From Octopus sinensis (lineage: Eukaryota), in NCBI RefSeq assembly GCF_006345805.1, contig NC_042997.1:129146001-129210000 (forward strand): 64,000 nt of DNA. Reading direction: 5' to 3'. How positions within the stretch are numbered: the stretch's first letter is position 1; each line of letters opens with the position of its first letter. This document shows positions 11,420 through 24,548 of this stretch, piece after piece. The notes beneath the pieces are model-generated. The model saw only the letters and a list, made by a program, of their open reading frames with translations. It was not told where the DNA came from and ran no database searches. Both the position numbers and the translations under genes were made by a program.

Positions 11420-11512
11420 ATGTGTGAGAAGTTGAACAGTTTAAATAAGAAATGCAAATATTACAGTGAACATCATTGTAATATTTACGAGCATTTGTAG
11501 ATGTCTAAGCTA

Positions 11513-11548
<36 letters not shown>

Positions 11549-11940
11549 TACCATCATCATTATCACTGTTTTAATGTCAACTTTTTTATGCTTGCATGGG
11601 TCAGATGAGCATATGTTGGAGCAAAGTTGTGCACATTCGGATGCCCTTCCTGATACCAACTCCAACCTGTTTCCAAATGTGATAATAATCTCTCAGTTTA
11701 TTAAACAAGAAGCAGCCTGGGCATGGTGGAAATAAATGACACCATATGAATGAACTGTTTGTTTACAGACAAAAGAGAAACTATATAGCCAGTGTGATGG
11801 GGGGGGGTTGCAGAGAAAGAGAGAAACAAAAAGAAGGTGAAAGAGCATGAGAAATTGAACAGTTTAAATAAGAAATGCAAATTTTTGTAATTGTAATGCA
11901 AATACTGCAGCAAACGCGATTGTAATATTTACGTGCATAT
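11420..11940 (+). repeat. Diverged ~430-bp tandem unit (1 full + partial here; 2 full + partial in copy 2 at ~38760..39725)
   Basis: gagaa(g/a)ttgaacagtttaaataagaaatgcaaa recurs at ~11425 and ~11850, and at ~38765, ~39210 and ~39635. Confidence 0.8.
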
Positions 11941-11959
11941 GCAGATGTATGCAAATATT

Positions 11960-12195
11960 TCATCATCATCATCATCATCGTTTAATGTCCGTTTTCCATG
12001 CTAGCATGGGTTGGACGGTTCGACCGGGGTCTGGGAAGCTGGGAGGCTGCACCAGGATCCAATCTGATCTGGCAGTGTTTCTACGGCTGGATGCCCTTCC
12101 TAATGCCAACCACTCCATGAGTGTAGTGGGTGCTTTTTATGTGCCACCGGCACAGGTGCCAGGCGAGGCTGGCAATGGCCACGATCAGTTGGTGC
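11960..12195 (-). mobile_element. RTE 3'-end fragment; duplicate at ~39745..39980
   Basis: (CAT)n tail followed by cgtttaatgtccgttttccatgctagcatgggttggacgg. Confidence 0.9.
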
Positions 12196-12719
12196 TTAAG
12201 CCCTTCCTTTCAGTTTCTGTCTACCAAACCTACTCTCAAAGGTGTGATCAACCTAGAGCTATAGTAGAAAGCATTTACCCAAGGTGCAACATTGTGGAAT
12301 TGAACTCAAAACTACATGTTTGGAAATGAACTTCTTCACCACACAGCCATGTTTATGCCTGTAATCAATAATTTGTTTCAAAAAAAATATATAAATAAAT
12401 TACTGAATTCTAACATATGCACAAAACCACAGGTTTTGATGGAAGATATAAATGGTTGTACTTAGTCAACTACCCAACTCATGCCAGACATAAAATGATG
12501 ACGACGGTGGTGGTGGTGATGACGACGATGATGAGGAGGAGGGTTGAAATCTAGCTCAGTATAACTTTTAACTAGTAATCTAGATTTATCATGCTTTGCT
12601 CAGTCAACCAATTTCACACATCAAGGTCATGTGTGTGTGTGTGTGTGATGATGATTATTGACATCAGCAGCATCATGGAAAATGGATGTTAAATGATGAT
12701 GATAGTGTCAGTAATTATG

Positions 12720-12764
<45 letters not shown>

Positions 12765-12767
12765 TAA

Positions 12768-12900
12768 GGGCATTACTATACATAAAGGCATCACGCTAGG
12801 CGGGACTCTTAAAGTCAAAACTACTATAATAATGTTTATTATGTTAGTTTTGACTTTAAGAGTCCCTCCTAGCCTGAGGCATTTATGTATAGTAATGCCC
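12768..12900. mobile_element. 133-bp fold-back MITE with TTAA TSD (Kolobok-like termini); duplicate at 40553..40685
   Basis: TTAA|GGGCATTACTATAC...GTATAGTAATGCCC|TTAA; 56-bp arms with 4 mismatches. Confidence 0.8.
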
Positions 12901-13006
12901 TTAATATAAATAAATATATTTAAAAGGAATACTTAAATTTTTCCCTTATGAGGTTTTTCACGCTAACTACTTGATAAATTCTTATAAATATTTTATCCTA
13001 TTTTTC

Positions 13007-13046
<40 letters not shown>

Positions 13047-13049
13047 TAG

Positions 13050-14030
13050 ACTACTTGTGACATGTTGGGTCACCAATAGTTCAAGGTACCCAAAAAAACC
13101 ATGTATCTCAGAAATCCACGGTCCAATTTATGCAAAACTTTTGTTGTGTATTCACATTTCAGTGGTACATTACTTTCAAAGCATTTTTCCCATTATATGC
13201 TGGCTTGGCTATTTTCGAATGTGACATTGAAATCACACATAAACGGCACCTTTCCACAAAAAGGTAAGATCTGGCTGCTATTTCTTGCACGCCCTGCTAC
13301 CATGTAACAGCTATTTTGGATCCTTTATTGCAAATAGCTGTTACATGGTACCAAGGCGTGCTAGAAATAGCAGCTAAACCTTTGGCGGTGAGATGGGTTG
13401 AATGCACTCAAAAAAATCCTATGGAAAAAATTATTTCACACCGAAGTTATGAACGGGTCTTTTATGAAATATTTACCATATTTTCAGAGCCATTTTCAGT
13501 TTGATAAATTTTTCCTTACCTCAATGACACCAGTGACATATTAAAAGTCCCCTTATGGAGCTATATTCATAAAAAAGTATAGAACTATATTATCACCCTC
13601 AAATTTGAGAAACAAACACTCATAACATTTTTCTTTTAAAACCTCATTACATGAGATTGATACCATGAAATTCCTAGAATTGAGCTCTATTAAAATATAG
13701 TTTGTTTTTAAAATGAAAAAGTTGATTATACTTAAATCCAGTTTTTTGCCTTACATATATTTTCTTATGATGTTTTACCTCACAACTTTTTTGATACAAA
13801 TTTTTGTTGCATGGGACCAAAATTATGAAATTCTTCATGCTTTCTTCTATCATTGAAACTAAGGGAAATATATTTTGGTTTAAAATAAAAAAGTTATTTA
13901 GATCTAAACTTGATTGGTGGTGTTACTTCCTCTCTTATAACATTGCTACAAATTTTGATGTAAACTTTTTTCTACCAGATCAAATTTCAATTTTTTATGC
14001 CAAAATGTAGCTAAGGACCATTCCTCTTCA
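13050..14030. mobile_element. Probable non-autonomous DNA-transposon remnant with a ~100-bp internal hairpin (13274..13374)
   Basis: Inverted arms gctgctatttcttgcacgcc...catgtaacagctattt / aaatagctgttacatg...ggcgtgctagaaatagcagc. Termini not resolved. Confidence 0.4.
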
Positions 14031-14788
14031 AAACTGTTAAGAGATTTCAATTTAGTTAAGAACTGAATTAGTGACAATCTCTAAAAGATTCTGCATGTGG
14101 CCTTAAGAATATTATTCAACTACTACCATAGTTGAATGATATATATATACACACATATATATAGGTGACTACTTCTCCACATTTCTCACAGAAAATTTAT
14201 CATCATAGACATTATGTTGTTGTTCACATATATCTCATTTTATTGGCTTCTATCATCAAGAATTTTAGTCATTTGATCAATATCTGTTTGTTGAATAGTT
14301 AAGTTTACCATCATATTGATTCACGGTCCTTGAAGAAGTTACATAAGGTTTTAAAATTTCTCTTTTAATAATAATTTCATGTGTCTAAAGAATTTGGCCA
14401 GCGTCCAAAAATGTACAAATTTTTGGCAGTACATATGTAATAAAACTGGAACAATACATAGAAAATTGGTGTAGCCCCTCAGTAAAAACAGACAAATTTA
14501 TACAAATGCTTGTGAGTGCAGAAAAGCTATTGATGTTCTACTAATTGTTGTTGAAAATTTGAGATAAAAAAACCATTTAAGATCGGTTAGAATCATATTG
14601 ATGTCTTCTATATTTTAATAGTAAAGTAAGGAATTTGTCTTTTATCTTCATCTTTTACTCATTTCAGTCATTAGACTGAAGCTCAGCTGGGGTTCTACCT
14701 TGAAGGCTTTAGCTAAACAAATTGACCCCAGTTCTTAATTTAAACCATATTTATTTATATTTAATATTTAATAATACTAGAAAAGAAA

Positions 14789-16255
14789 TTTCAGGTGTGG
14801 AAGCAAGGTTTAGAATCGAAGGGCCTTAGAATCAATGTTGCGAAAACCAAAGTCCTAGTAAGTAGGAAGGTGAGCACATCACAAACCCTTTCAGGTAGAT
14901 GGCCCTGCTCAATCTGTAGAAAAGGTGTAGGTAGAAACTCCATAAGATGTACCCAGTGTAAGCTATGGATGCATAAGAGGTGCAGTAACATCAAAGGAAG
15001 GCTAACTGGGAAGATAGATTTTGTGTACAGCAGATGCACAGGGGCAATAAACACTGCAGATGTTCAGAAAACTGATTCTATCACATGCCAGAGGGAGAAA
15101 CTAGAAGTAGTTGATAGCTTCCACTACCTAGGTGACCGTGTCTGTAGTGAGGGTGGATGCTCAGAGAGCATTGCCACTAGAATAAGAATAGCCTGGGCAA
15201 ACTTCAGAAAGCTCCTACCTCTACTGGTGACTCGCTCAGAGTGAAAAGTAGATTGTATGATGCATGTGTGCGAACTGCCATGCTACACGGCTGTGAAACA
15301 TGGGCCATGACAGCTGAAGACATGTGTAAGCTCAAAAGAAATGAAGCTAGTATAATCCGCTGGATGTGTAATGTCAGTGTGCCCACATGATAGTGTAAGC
15401 ACCCTGAGAAAAATGTTGGAAATAAGAAGCATCAGATGTGGTGTGCAAGAGAGACAACTGCACTGGTATGGTCATGTGCTACATATGGGTAAGGAGAGCT
15501 GTGTGAAGAAGTATCACTCCCTAACAGTGAAAGGAACCCGTGGAAGAGGGAGACCCAGGAAGACATGAGATGAGGTGGTGAAGCATGACCTTTCGAATGT
15601 TGGGCCTCACAGAGGCAATGACAAAACACCAAGACCTCTGGAGATATGCTATGATTGAGAAGACCCGCAAGTAAAGTGAGATCACAGCCATAGCCTACAC
15701 CAGTGTCACATAACAAGCTCCCTTAAAAAAGTACCTTTGAATCATCAGGTGATCTGCCCTGCTTGAGGAGACCTATTGAGTCAAGTAAATCAAAACCAAA
15801 ATCAAAATCAAATCAAATGGAAATTGTAGTTGTGGCCAATACCAGTGCCGCCTGACTGGATCCTATGCTGGTGGCATGCAATAAGCACCATGCATGCATG
15901 AGTCATTGCCAGTTCCGCCTGACTGGCTCCTCATGCCGGTGGCTCATAAAAAGCACCATCCGAACATGGTCAATGCCAGACCCCACCCCGACTGGCTCCT
16001 GTGTTGGTGGGACATAAAAAACACCATCTGAATGTAGCCAATACTAGTGCCGCTGACTGGCTCCCATGCTGGTGGCATATAAAAAGTACCCACTACACTC
16101 TTAGAGTAGTTGGCGTTAGGAAGGGCATCCAGCTGTAGAAACATTACCAACTGAGATTGGAGCCTAGTGTAACCTCCTGGCTTGCCAGTCCTCAGTCAAA
16201 CCATCCAACCTATGCCAGCATGGAAAACAAGCATTAAATGATGCTGATGATGATG
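14789..16255 (+). mobile_element. 5'-truncated RTE LINE (PHD, RT thumb, 3' UTR); diverged duplicate at ~42576..44052
   Basis: WKQGLESKGLRINVAKTKVL, WPCSICRKGVGRNSIRCTQCKLWMHKRC, EVVDSFHYLGD, GRGRPRKT, then UTR and GAT tail. Confidence 0.93.
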
Positions 16256-19200
16256 ATTTACATATTTATTTATATAATTTTTATATATTTATATTTATTC
16301 ATATATGCAGTGATACTGGTGCCAGGCTGTTTCAGCCCAAGCTGGTGTCATTTCCCTTAGATAAATATTAGTAGTACTGAAAGGTAAGACTTACATGTAT
16401 GGGCCACTGCTAGTCTTCCTCAAAAAATCTTATCCAGCCATGTACATACATGTGCAGATGCATGATCAACCTTGGCTGATGGAGGCCACACTCAGATTTC
16501 CAACTCTTTAAATTAAACAAATTACAGTTATCAAATTGAATAGCAATGGTAAATGGGCAGGCTTCATTTTTGCTAGAGATTTGCTATTCCATTTTTGTTA
16601 GAGATATGCTATTCTATTTCTCTAACTCATCATACAATAATTGAGCTTTCCCTCATTCGGTCAAATGAACCAGGTTACTACTAAAATCTTTCAGACACCG
16701 CAATGTTAACCATCCTCATTAATTTAAATCAGGATTCTTAAATAAGAAACATTTTATAATGTGCAGTTTTTATTTTAACCTTAGGCCAAAAGCAAAACTA
16801 CAGCACAAATAATAAATTTAAGTTAACAGAATCACATTTTCAATGTTAGAACACAAATATAAATTTACATTATACTAAGGTTGGGTATCAGGAGATATCA
16901 GAAGATAATATTTAACTTGGACATTTTAGTTGTTTATGTAACAATTCTATATATTAGTGAATTCACATAATGTCATAGCATTTAAGCTTTGTGTTTTTAG
17001 ATTTGGTTTAAAATAAGATCAGGATTTATAGTGAATAGGTCCACCCATTCAAATTTGCTGTATAATTTATCATGTCTTCCACGGTTGACCTTATAAATGT
17101 CTCAAATATGTTGGCTAGCAAAGAAAGAGAAAATACTAACTATTGGAACCCTTCTATTAATTTCGATTACCTCTCCTCTGTACTAGCTGATCTACATACA
17201 CTGGTTCTTCAATACAGAGTTGGATCTTCAAAAATAATTATAATTTGATAAAATACCTTAAGATTTTCATTTTGAGTGACTGTGCTGATATGGTCATGTG
17301 ATGCACACAGATGAAGGCATCTGCATAAAGAAGTGCTGATCTCTAAATGTGGAGAGAACCTGTGGAAGATATGGGACAAAGTAATGATGAATGATCTAAA
17401 GAAGTTGAGCTTCATAGAGGAGATTTCAAGGGACCAAGACAATTAGTGATTTGCAGTACTTGAGATGACCCATTCTATTTAGTTCGATGGGTCTTTTCCT
17501 ATAGAGGCTTCCTTGTTGACTTGTAATAAGTCTGAGTCAAGAGAAAGTGAGGTAAAAGAAGAATTGGTGTCGTGTCATGATATTTCACTGTTTTCATTGA
17601 GGATTAAAGAGAAAGCAGATTGAAAGGGAGTCTGTGAAGGAAAATTGAAAAGGGGACAAACAAATTGCCATGTTTAATAAAATTAAGATGTTTTTAAATT
17701 TTCTAATTTTTACAACACAATGGCAAAAAAAGAAAAATTATACAGATGCAAACTCTGTTTTATCTTTACATTAATACATAGCGATGGTGGGCCAGGGACT
17801 GCTGGAAATTTCACTGATACTTTTGTGGGACAGTGGAGGAGTAAGAAACCTGGTATTTGTTAGTTTGAGAATCAATGTGTTAGTTTATATTTGTGTTTAT
17901 AATAACAAGATAAAACTCAACCAATCAATTAGTGGTGTTACTAGGAAGTTTTACTTGATAATTATATATGAACATTCCTGCAGAATGACACATTGAAACT
18001 TCAACCTTACTAAATAACGAAACTCTATTGAATGCCTGGTGTGTGTGTGTGTGTCTGTCTGTGTTATGACTTAGTGGCATAAGGTGAGCAATTAGAGAAT
18101 ACAACATTAAATTCTATGAAGGAACAATCACCATGCAATAGCATTTTATGTTCACATTTCTTCTTTTTCCTTTTTTTCTTTTTAATGTCTAAACCACAGA
18201 TTTGCTGTTAAAGTAAGAAAATAAAAATAAGAGGAGACATTTATCATAAACAGGTTGAATCTGTTTTAACTACTTCCTTAAACTTCATATCATAAACAGA
18301 ACAGCACGAAATTCTCATTAAGCTATCTAGACAAGATTACATTATTGAATTAAATGTCTAAAAATGATCTTTCATATGTCAGTACTAGTTTGTTTGTCAG
18401 TCTGTCTGTTAGTCTGTTAATCTGCCTTATTCAGAATTTAGCATATTGAATCTGAAGGAAACATTTTAATTTTTATTCATTAATTTATTGAAACTTGATA
18501 AAATTGTTGCTGATTTTAGTAAAATTTCAGTGAAGATTTAAAAAATAGGTAACAGAATGAGAGAAAGATATGTTTTCTTGATGTTAGAAGTTGTACAGCT
18601 TCAAGTTTTGGTAATATGGATTGAATATTGTGAGAAATCAATGTGGCTTAAAACTAAAGGAAATAACATTTTAATGTTAATGTTCACTTTTCTATCTTGA
18701 TTCATTCTGTAAACTGTACATGTACTTCTAGCTTATGTGGCTTCTTTCTTTACTTGACTTATACATCTGCTATCTGTCACTTCTTTTAACCTTTTCTGAT
18801 GAGTTGTAGTGTGCTTGAGCACTATATAAAATAACCTCATCATTATTTCTTTTCACATGTATTTATATTAGAAGAGAATGAGAAACTCCTAAATACCCAT
18901 ATTTACCTTTGTGTATATCATATTTCTGTTTACCTTTGTGTATATCATATTTCCAATAAAGAACTTTCTTTGTCAGGAACTGCTTGTTTACATCTTTCCT
19001 CCCTGCTTTCTATCTCTCGTCTCTGTAATAGACATCATATCTGTCACTCATTTTAGTACTTTTAATCTTTTTATCTGTCTGTCTCTCCTCTATCTCTCTC
19101 GCTCTCTCTCTCTTTCTCCTCCCCCTCCAGTGCACCAATTTCACTTTAAACTTCATATCGATTAAACACCTGCATCAAATCCTCCTCCACATTTCAAAGA

Positions 19201-20051
19201 AACAAAATGTGAGTAAAGATATGCTGTTCACACTTTAGTTTTAAGGTAAGCTCCAGTATTGAGAATGAAGAGAGAAAGTTGATAATAGTGTTGAGATTGG
19301 GTAAGGAATAATGTGGAGATGGAGAGATGGTAATGAAGGGATGGAGTGAAGGATAATATAGGGAAAGAAAGAGAGACCACAGACATAGACAGAGAGTGGC
19401 TCTAGGGATGGAGTGAGAATTAATATAGAGATGGGAGTGGAGACACAATGGAGATGGAGTGAGAACTGTGTAGATAAATAGATAGATATGCTTCTTTATT
19501 AACCACACAGAGGGGACAAATTACAAAGTAGAGCTTTTCTTTTTGGGGAGGAAAAAAAAAGAAGTGGGGTAGGTTTTCGATCAAAAGGGATCATAAAAAA
19601 GAAAAAAAAAACAATAGATAGATAGAGAGAGAGATGGATAGGCAGACAGACAGATGAATGGATGGATTGATGGCTGGATGGACTGTAGGGATAAACTGAG
19701 AATCAACATGGAGTCAGGAGTGAGGAACACTGTAGAGATAAAGAGAGGGACAGTATGGAGGTAGAAGGAAGGAAAGTGAAGAAATTGTGTGGAGAATGAA
19801 GAAGAGATGGAATAGGGAACAGTGCTGAGTGGCATGAAACAACACAGTAGAGATGAAATTGAGGATCAATGTGGAAATGGAATGAAAGACATTTTAAGGA
19901 TGCAATTGTGGAACAGTGTCCCTCATTCTATCTCTACATTGCTTTTCCATCTCTGCAATATGCCTCTCCATTACATCTCTACACTATCCACACACTAGAC
20001 CTGTACATTGCTGGTCATTTAATTGGAACAATGGACAATTTAGATATGTAG

Positions 20052-20360
20052 GAGCACTCTGTCGATTACGACGACGAGGGTCCCAGCTGATACGATCAAC
20101 GGAACAGCTTGCTCATGAAATTAACGTGCAAGTGACTGAGCAATCCACAGACATGTGTACCCTTAATGTAGTTCGCAAGGAGATTCAGTGTGACAAGGCT
20201 GGCCCTTTTGAAATACAGGTACAACTTATTTTTGCCAGCTGAGTGGACTGGAGTAACGTGAAATAAAATGTCTTGCTCAAGGACACAACACGTTGCCGGG
20301 AATCGAACTCACAACCTTACGATCATGAGCCGAATGCCCTAACCACTAAGCCACGCACCC
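20052..20360 (-). mobile_element. Full-length tRNA-derived CORE-type SINE with 17-bp TSD; duplicate at ~47861..48169
   Basis: Minus strand A-box TGGCTTAGTGG, B-box GAGTTCGATTCC, CORE-like gtgtccttgagcaagac. TSD acaatttagatatgtag (20035-20051) / acaatttagacatgtag (20361-20377). Confidence 0.92.
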
Positions 20361-20696
20361 ACAATTTAGACATGTAGAGACAGTATAGAGACCAAATGAA
20401 GGACAGTATTGTTAAAATCAGAGCTGACTTGAAACTAAAGAACTACACAAGTTACTTATGGACCCATTCTTTCCTATTCGTGATATCCCTTGCCTGACAG
20501 CAATGGACTTGTCCAATTATAAAGTTACACTGATATATTGACTGTTCAACTATGAAATTATGTATGTCAGTATAGAATAAGTAGAACTGCTGTGCTTTGA
20601 ACACTAAACAGTTTGACAGACAGAGAAGTCTAAAAGAAAAACTACTCATTAAATTTGTTCTGTGTGCTGATGTATTGTTGTATGTTATAACTACAG

Positions 20697-20902
20697 CTTT
20701 CAACAGAACACTGTACCAATGCACAGAATGCAAAGTGAGAGGAGTGAAGGCACTCCTCTTAACTCTGCAACAGAAAATTCTAGAAACATGAATACAACAA
20801 TGATATTTAGCTGAAGACTTGTCATAACAAAACTATGTATTTGTGAATAAAATATCGACTTAGTACAAACTAAAATATGCAAGTAATATTCAATACAATA
20901 AA
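20697..20902 (+). CDS. Possible terminal exon (FQQNTVPMHRMQSERSEGTPLNSATENSRNMNTTMIFS*) with AATAAA signals; duplicate near 48506..48711
   Basis: Acceptors ctacag (20696) or caacag (20706), stop 20812-20814, AATAAA at 20846 and 20897. No homology recognised. Confidence 0.2.
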
Positions 20903-21149
20903 AGAAATCAAATGTCTATTGAAGTTGTAACAACTCACTTGGTTGTGAGAGTGTTGTCATGTTCTTTGTATAACACTAATACTTACTTGAGAAGTTAACT
21001 CCTGTACATTATTCAACAATAGTATTTATTTCTTAAACTGCCATAAAAGAAATGTAATATGTGATGTTGATGCCTTTCCAAAGGATATATTAGTGTCGTA
21101 AGTTTTGAAAAATTGGTAAACAAACAGTATTAGGGACGCACTATACTAA

Positions 21150-21469
21150 GGCATTCATTCAACAGTTGATATAATGGTGCCATATAAAAAGCACCCATGC
21201 CAGCGCCTCATAAGAAGCACCATGAACAGAGAATCCATACCAGCACCATATAAAAAGCATCCTTGGTGACACTATGTAAAAAGCACCCAATACACTCTGT
21301 GAAGTGGTTGGCATTAAGAAGGGTACCCAGTAGTAGAAACCATGCCAAAACTGATGACTGGAGCCTGGTATGGCTCTCCAGCTTGGCAGCTCCTGTCAGA
21401 CCATCTAACACATACCAGGATGGAAAATAGACATTAAATGAGGATGATGATGATGGATGGTGATGATGA

Positions 21470-21550
<81 letters not shown>
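21150..21550 (+). mobile_element. RTE 3'-UTR fragment followed by (GAT)n and (CT)n microsatellites
   Basis: catataaaaagcacc units, gtggttggcattaagaagggtaccc, tail. Confidence 0.8.
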
Positions 21551-21552
<2 letters not shown>

Positions 21553-21964
21553 ATTATACATAAGTCAGTTCAGATTAAGTAGTTAGAGTATTATACTGTC
21601 TGTTTATGTCTCAAGTGCTTAAGGATGTCAAATATAATCTTAAGAATGTTAGCTGCAAAAGTGTGATGAAACTATCTCACTGCACCTCAAGTGATAAACT
21701 GCAGATATATTCGATTTTCTATGGCCAGATTTCCTTTCTGTCACCAACCTTTGCCTGCTTCCACAGAAAAGGGGCATGACTGAGTGATTAAGAAGTTTGC
21801 TTCCCAACCATGTGGTTTTGGGTTCAGTCCTACAGTGCAACACCTGGGGCATGTGTCTTCTACTATAACCTCAGGCTAATCAAAACCTTGTGAGTGGATT
21901 GGTAGACAGAAACCAAAAGAAGCCCATCATATGTATGTATGTATGTATATATATATATATATTT

Positions 21965-22205
21965 ATATGAAAAAAAGGTACTCAGAAATCTGGATGGTTG
22001 TACATTTACAGATTTTTATTAATATGTCACATGTTTTTATAAATCATATATTAATGCTTGCATCTACTTTAGTAGATTCTTCAGATTGCATCTACTCTAA
22101 TAGATGCAATCACTAATATATGATTTATAAAAACATGTAACATATTAATAAAAATCTGTAAATGTACAACCATCCAGATTTCTGAGAACCTAATTTTTTC
22201 TAATA
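21965..22205. mobile_element. ~240-bp fold-back MITE with nested internal hairpins, in a TA tract; duplicate at ~49766..50006
   Basis: aggtactcagaaatctggatggttgtacatttacag... vs ...ctgtaaatgtacaaccatccagatttctgagaacct, with ~80-bp arms. Confidence 0.8.
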
Positions 22206-22394
22206 TATAATACCTGTACATCACCTCCAACCTTCTAATATGTGTGTGTGTATGTATATATATATATATTTCTACTTTTATTCTATTTTGCTTTATTTGT
22301 TTCAGTCATTGGACAGTGGTTATGCTGGGACATTGCCTTGAAAGGTTTTAGCTGAACAAATTGATTCCTGTACTTTTATGTAAATATATATATA

Positions 22395-23700
22395 TCATCA
22401 TCATCATTGTTTAACGTCCGTTTTCCATGCTAGCATTGGTTGGACGGTTCAACTGGGCTCTGGGAAGCCAGAAGGCTGCGCCAGGCCCAGTCTGATCTGG
22501 CAGTGTTTCTACAGCTGGATGCCCTTCCTAACGCCAACCACTCCGTGAGTGTAGCGGGTGCTTTTTACGTGCTACCTGCACAGGTGCCAGATGAGGCTGG
22601 CAAACGGCCATGATCGGATGGTGCTTTTTACGTGTCACTGGCACAGAGACCAGTCAGGGCAGCGCTGGCAACTGCCACATAGGGATGGTTCTCTTATGTG
22701 CCACCAGCACTGGTATCACAGCTACAATTTCCATAGATGTTGATCAATTTCGATTTTGATTTTGATTTTCACTTGCCTCAACAGGTCTTCACAAGTAGGG
22801 TTTGTGTCACAAGAAGGAAAGGTATGCATAAGTGGGCTGGCTACATCCCAGGTAGAGGCCACGGGTTATGGTCTCACTTGTCCTGCCGGGTCTTCCCACG
22901 CACAGCATACTTCCAAAGGGTCCAGTCTCTGGTCATTTCCTCGGTGAGACCTAAAGTTTGAAGGTCGTGCTTCACCACCTCGTCCCTAGTTTTCCTGGGT
23001 CTACCTCTTCTACAGGTTCCCTCAACCGCTAGTGTGTGGCACTTTTTCACACAACTATCTTCATCCATGGAAGTTGGTCTCTGAGCATTTTCAGTGTTTA
23101 TTGCTCCTGAGCATCTGCCACATACAAAAACTATCTTCCCAGTTAGCCTTCCTTTGACATTGCTGCACCTCTTGTGTGTCCATAGCTTACACTTGGTGCA
23201 TCTTATAGAGTTTCTACCTACGCCTTTTCTACAGATCGAGCAGGGCCATCTACCTGAAGGCATTTGTGATTTGCCTGCCTTCCTACATATTAGGACTTTG
23301 GTTTTAGCTAGGTTGATTTTAAGGCCCTTCGATTCTAATCCTCCTCTCCACACTTGAAACTTTGCCTCTAGTTCTGATAGTGACTCAGCAATTAAAGCAA
23401 GGTCATCAGCATAGAGGAGCTCCCAGGGGCATCCTGTCTTGAATTCCTCCGTTATTGCCTGGAGGACTATGATAAATAGGAGGGGGCTGAGGACTGAACC
23501 TTGGTGGACCCCTACCTCTACCCTGAATTCTTTAGTGTACTCGTTGCTAACCCTCACCTTACTTACAGCATCTCTGTACATGACTTGCACAGCTCTCACT
23601 AACCATTCATCTATCCCTAGTTTCCTCATTGACCACCAGATAAGGGATTGGGGGACCCTGTCAAAGGCTTTCTCCATGTCAACAAAAGCCAGGTACAGGA
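22395..23700 (-). mobile_element. Young 5'-truncated RTE LINE with an internal in-frame deletion; duplicate at ~50196..51500
   Basis: Stop-free LYLAFVDMEKAFDRVP...HQGSVLSPLLF...LYADD...PHD...AQRPTS|MDEDSCVKKC...GRPRKT, then the 3' UTR. Confidence 0.93.
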
Positions 23701-23732
23701 TATTAATGTTTGCTTTTGTGTTATAATAAAAA

Positions 23733-23832
23733 NNNNNNNNNNNNNNNNNNNNNNNNNNNNNNNNNNNNNNNNNNNNNNNNNNNNNNNNNNNNNNNNNNNN
23801 NNNNNNNNNNNNNNNNNNNNNNNNNNNNNNNN
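23733..23832. other. Assembly gap (100 N, placeholder length)
   Basis: Exactly 100 N (28+60+12). Confidence 0.99.
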
Positions 23833-24516
23833 TGCAGGGAACAAACCGGAATGCAAAGACAACCATGATTTTACTTAGCTTGATGTGTCTTCCCAAATGT
23901 GGTAAACTGCCAGGAGTCCTGGATCCCCTGTCACCCACTCTGGGAGTCTCAATGTCTGAAGATCCTTTCTCACCACTTCATCCCATATCTTCCTGAGTCT
24001 ACTTCTTCCTTAGGTTCCCTCCACATACACACTATGTCTTTTAAATAACCAATTAGCATGTCTCTCATCAAAGTATATTTTTCAATTATTTAATAGGTTG
24101 GATTCATTACTGACAACCCATTAACATCAATTGTTTGAAGCTTCATTAATATTAAATTGTACATAATTGCTTAAATTTTTTTTTTTTTTTGCACTTTTGC
24201 ATTTCTTGTGATTATATATATTTTATTTTTCAATGGCCGTGGTGTCCTACTGTGAGCAGGGACAGTTGGCTGTTATAGAAATGGTACACAAAACATAACA
24301 GGTGGGTGTATGGTGAATAGAGTACAAATTCAGTGAATGTGAAAAGAAAACGATGTGGGAGGAGTAAAAAGAAAAAGAAAGAAATATACAAAATTACATT
24401 TGACATACATTTGTCATTAGACACAATAGAAATGATCTAAAGATATGTTCACTTATATGCACAGACCAATAAGGTGTGACTGCTTTCATGTCTTTGGGTA
24501 TGGTGTGTGTGTGTAG

Positions 24517-24548
<32 letters not shown>

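Larger units (their letters stand above)
1..23732 (+). repeat. Copy 1 of a ~24-kb duplicated block (partner 27365..~51532)
   Basis: Position 1 gctgcttctaagaatttg recurs at 27365. The ORF track repeats with offsets 27364 (219/27583), ~27350, then ~27785-27810. The block ends at the N gap. Confidence 0.98.

Noticed and set aside
16311-16383. Exon-like segment ending AAG|gtaaga
   Set aside because: All frames are closed and the donor is absent in copy 2 (gggaag).
20501-20561. Exon-like segment with strong acceptor and gtatgt donor
   Set aside because: Stop codons in all three frames; it could only be non-coding.
22874-23938. 354-aa minus ORF, the longest in the track
   Set aside because: It reads through the 100-N gap and joins two contigs; only the RTE part is real.
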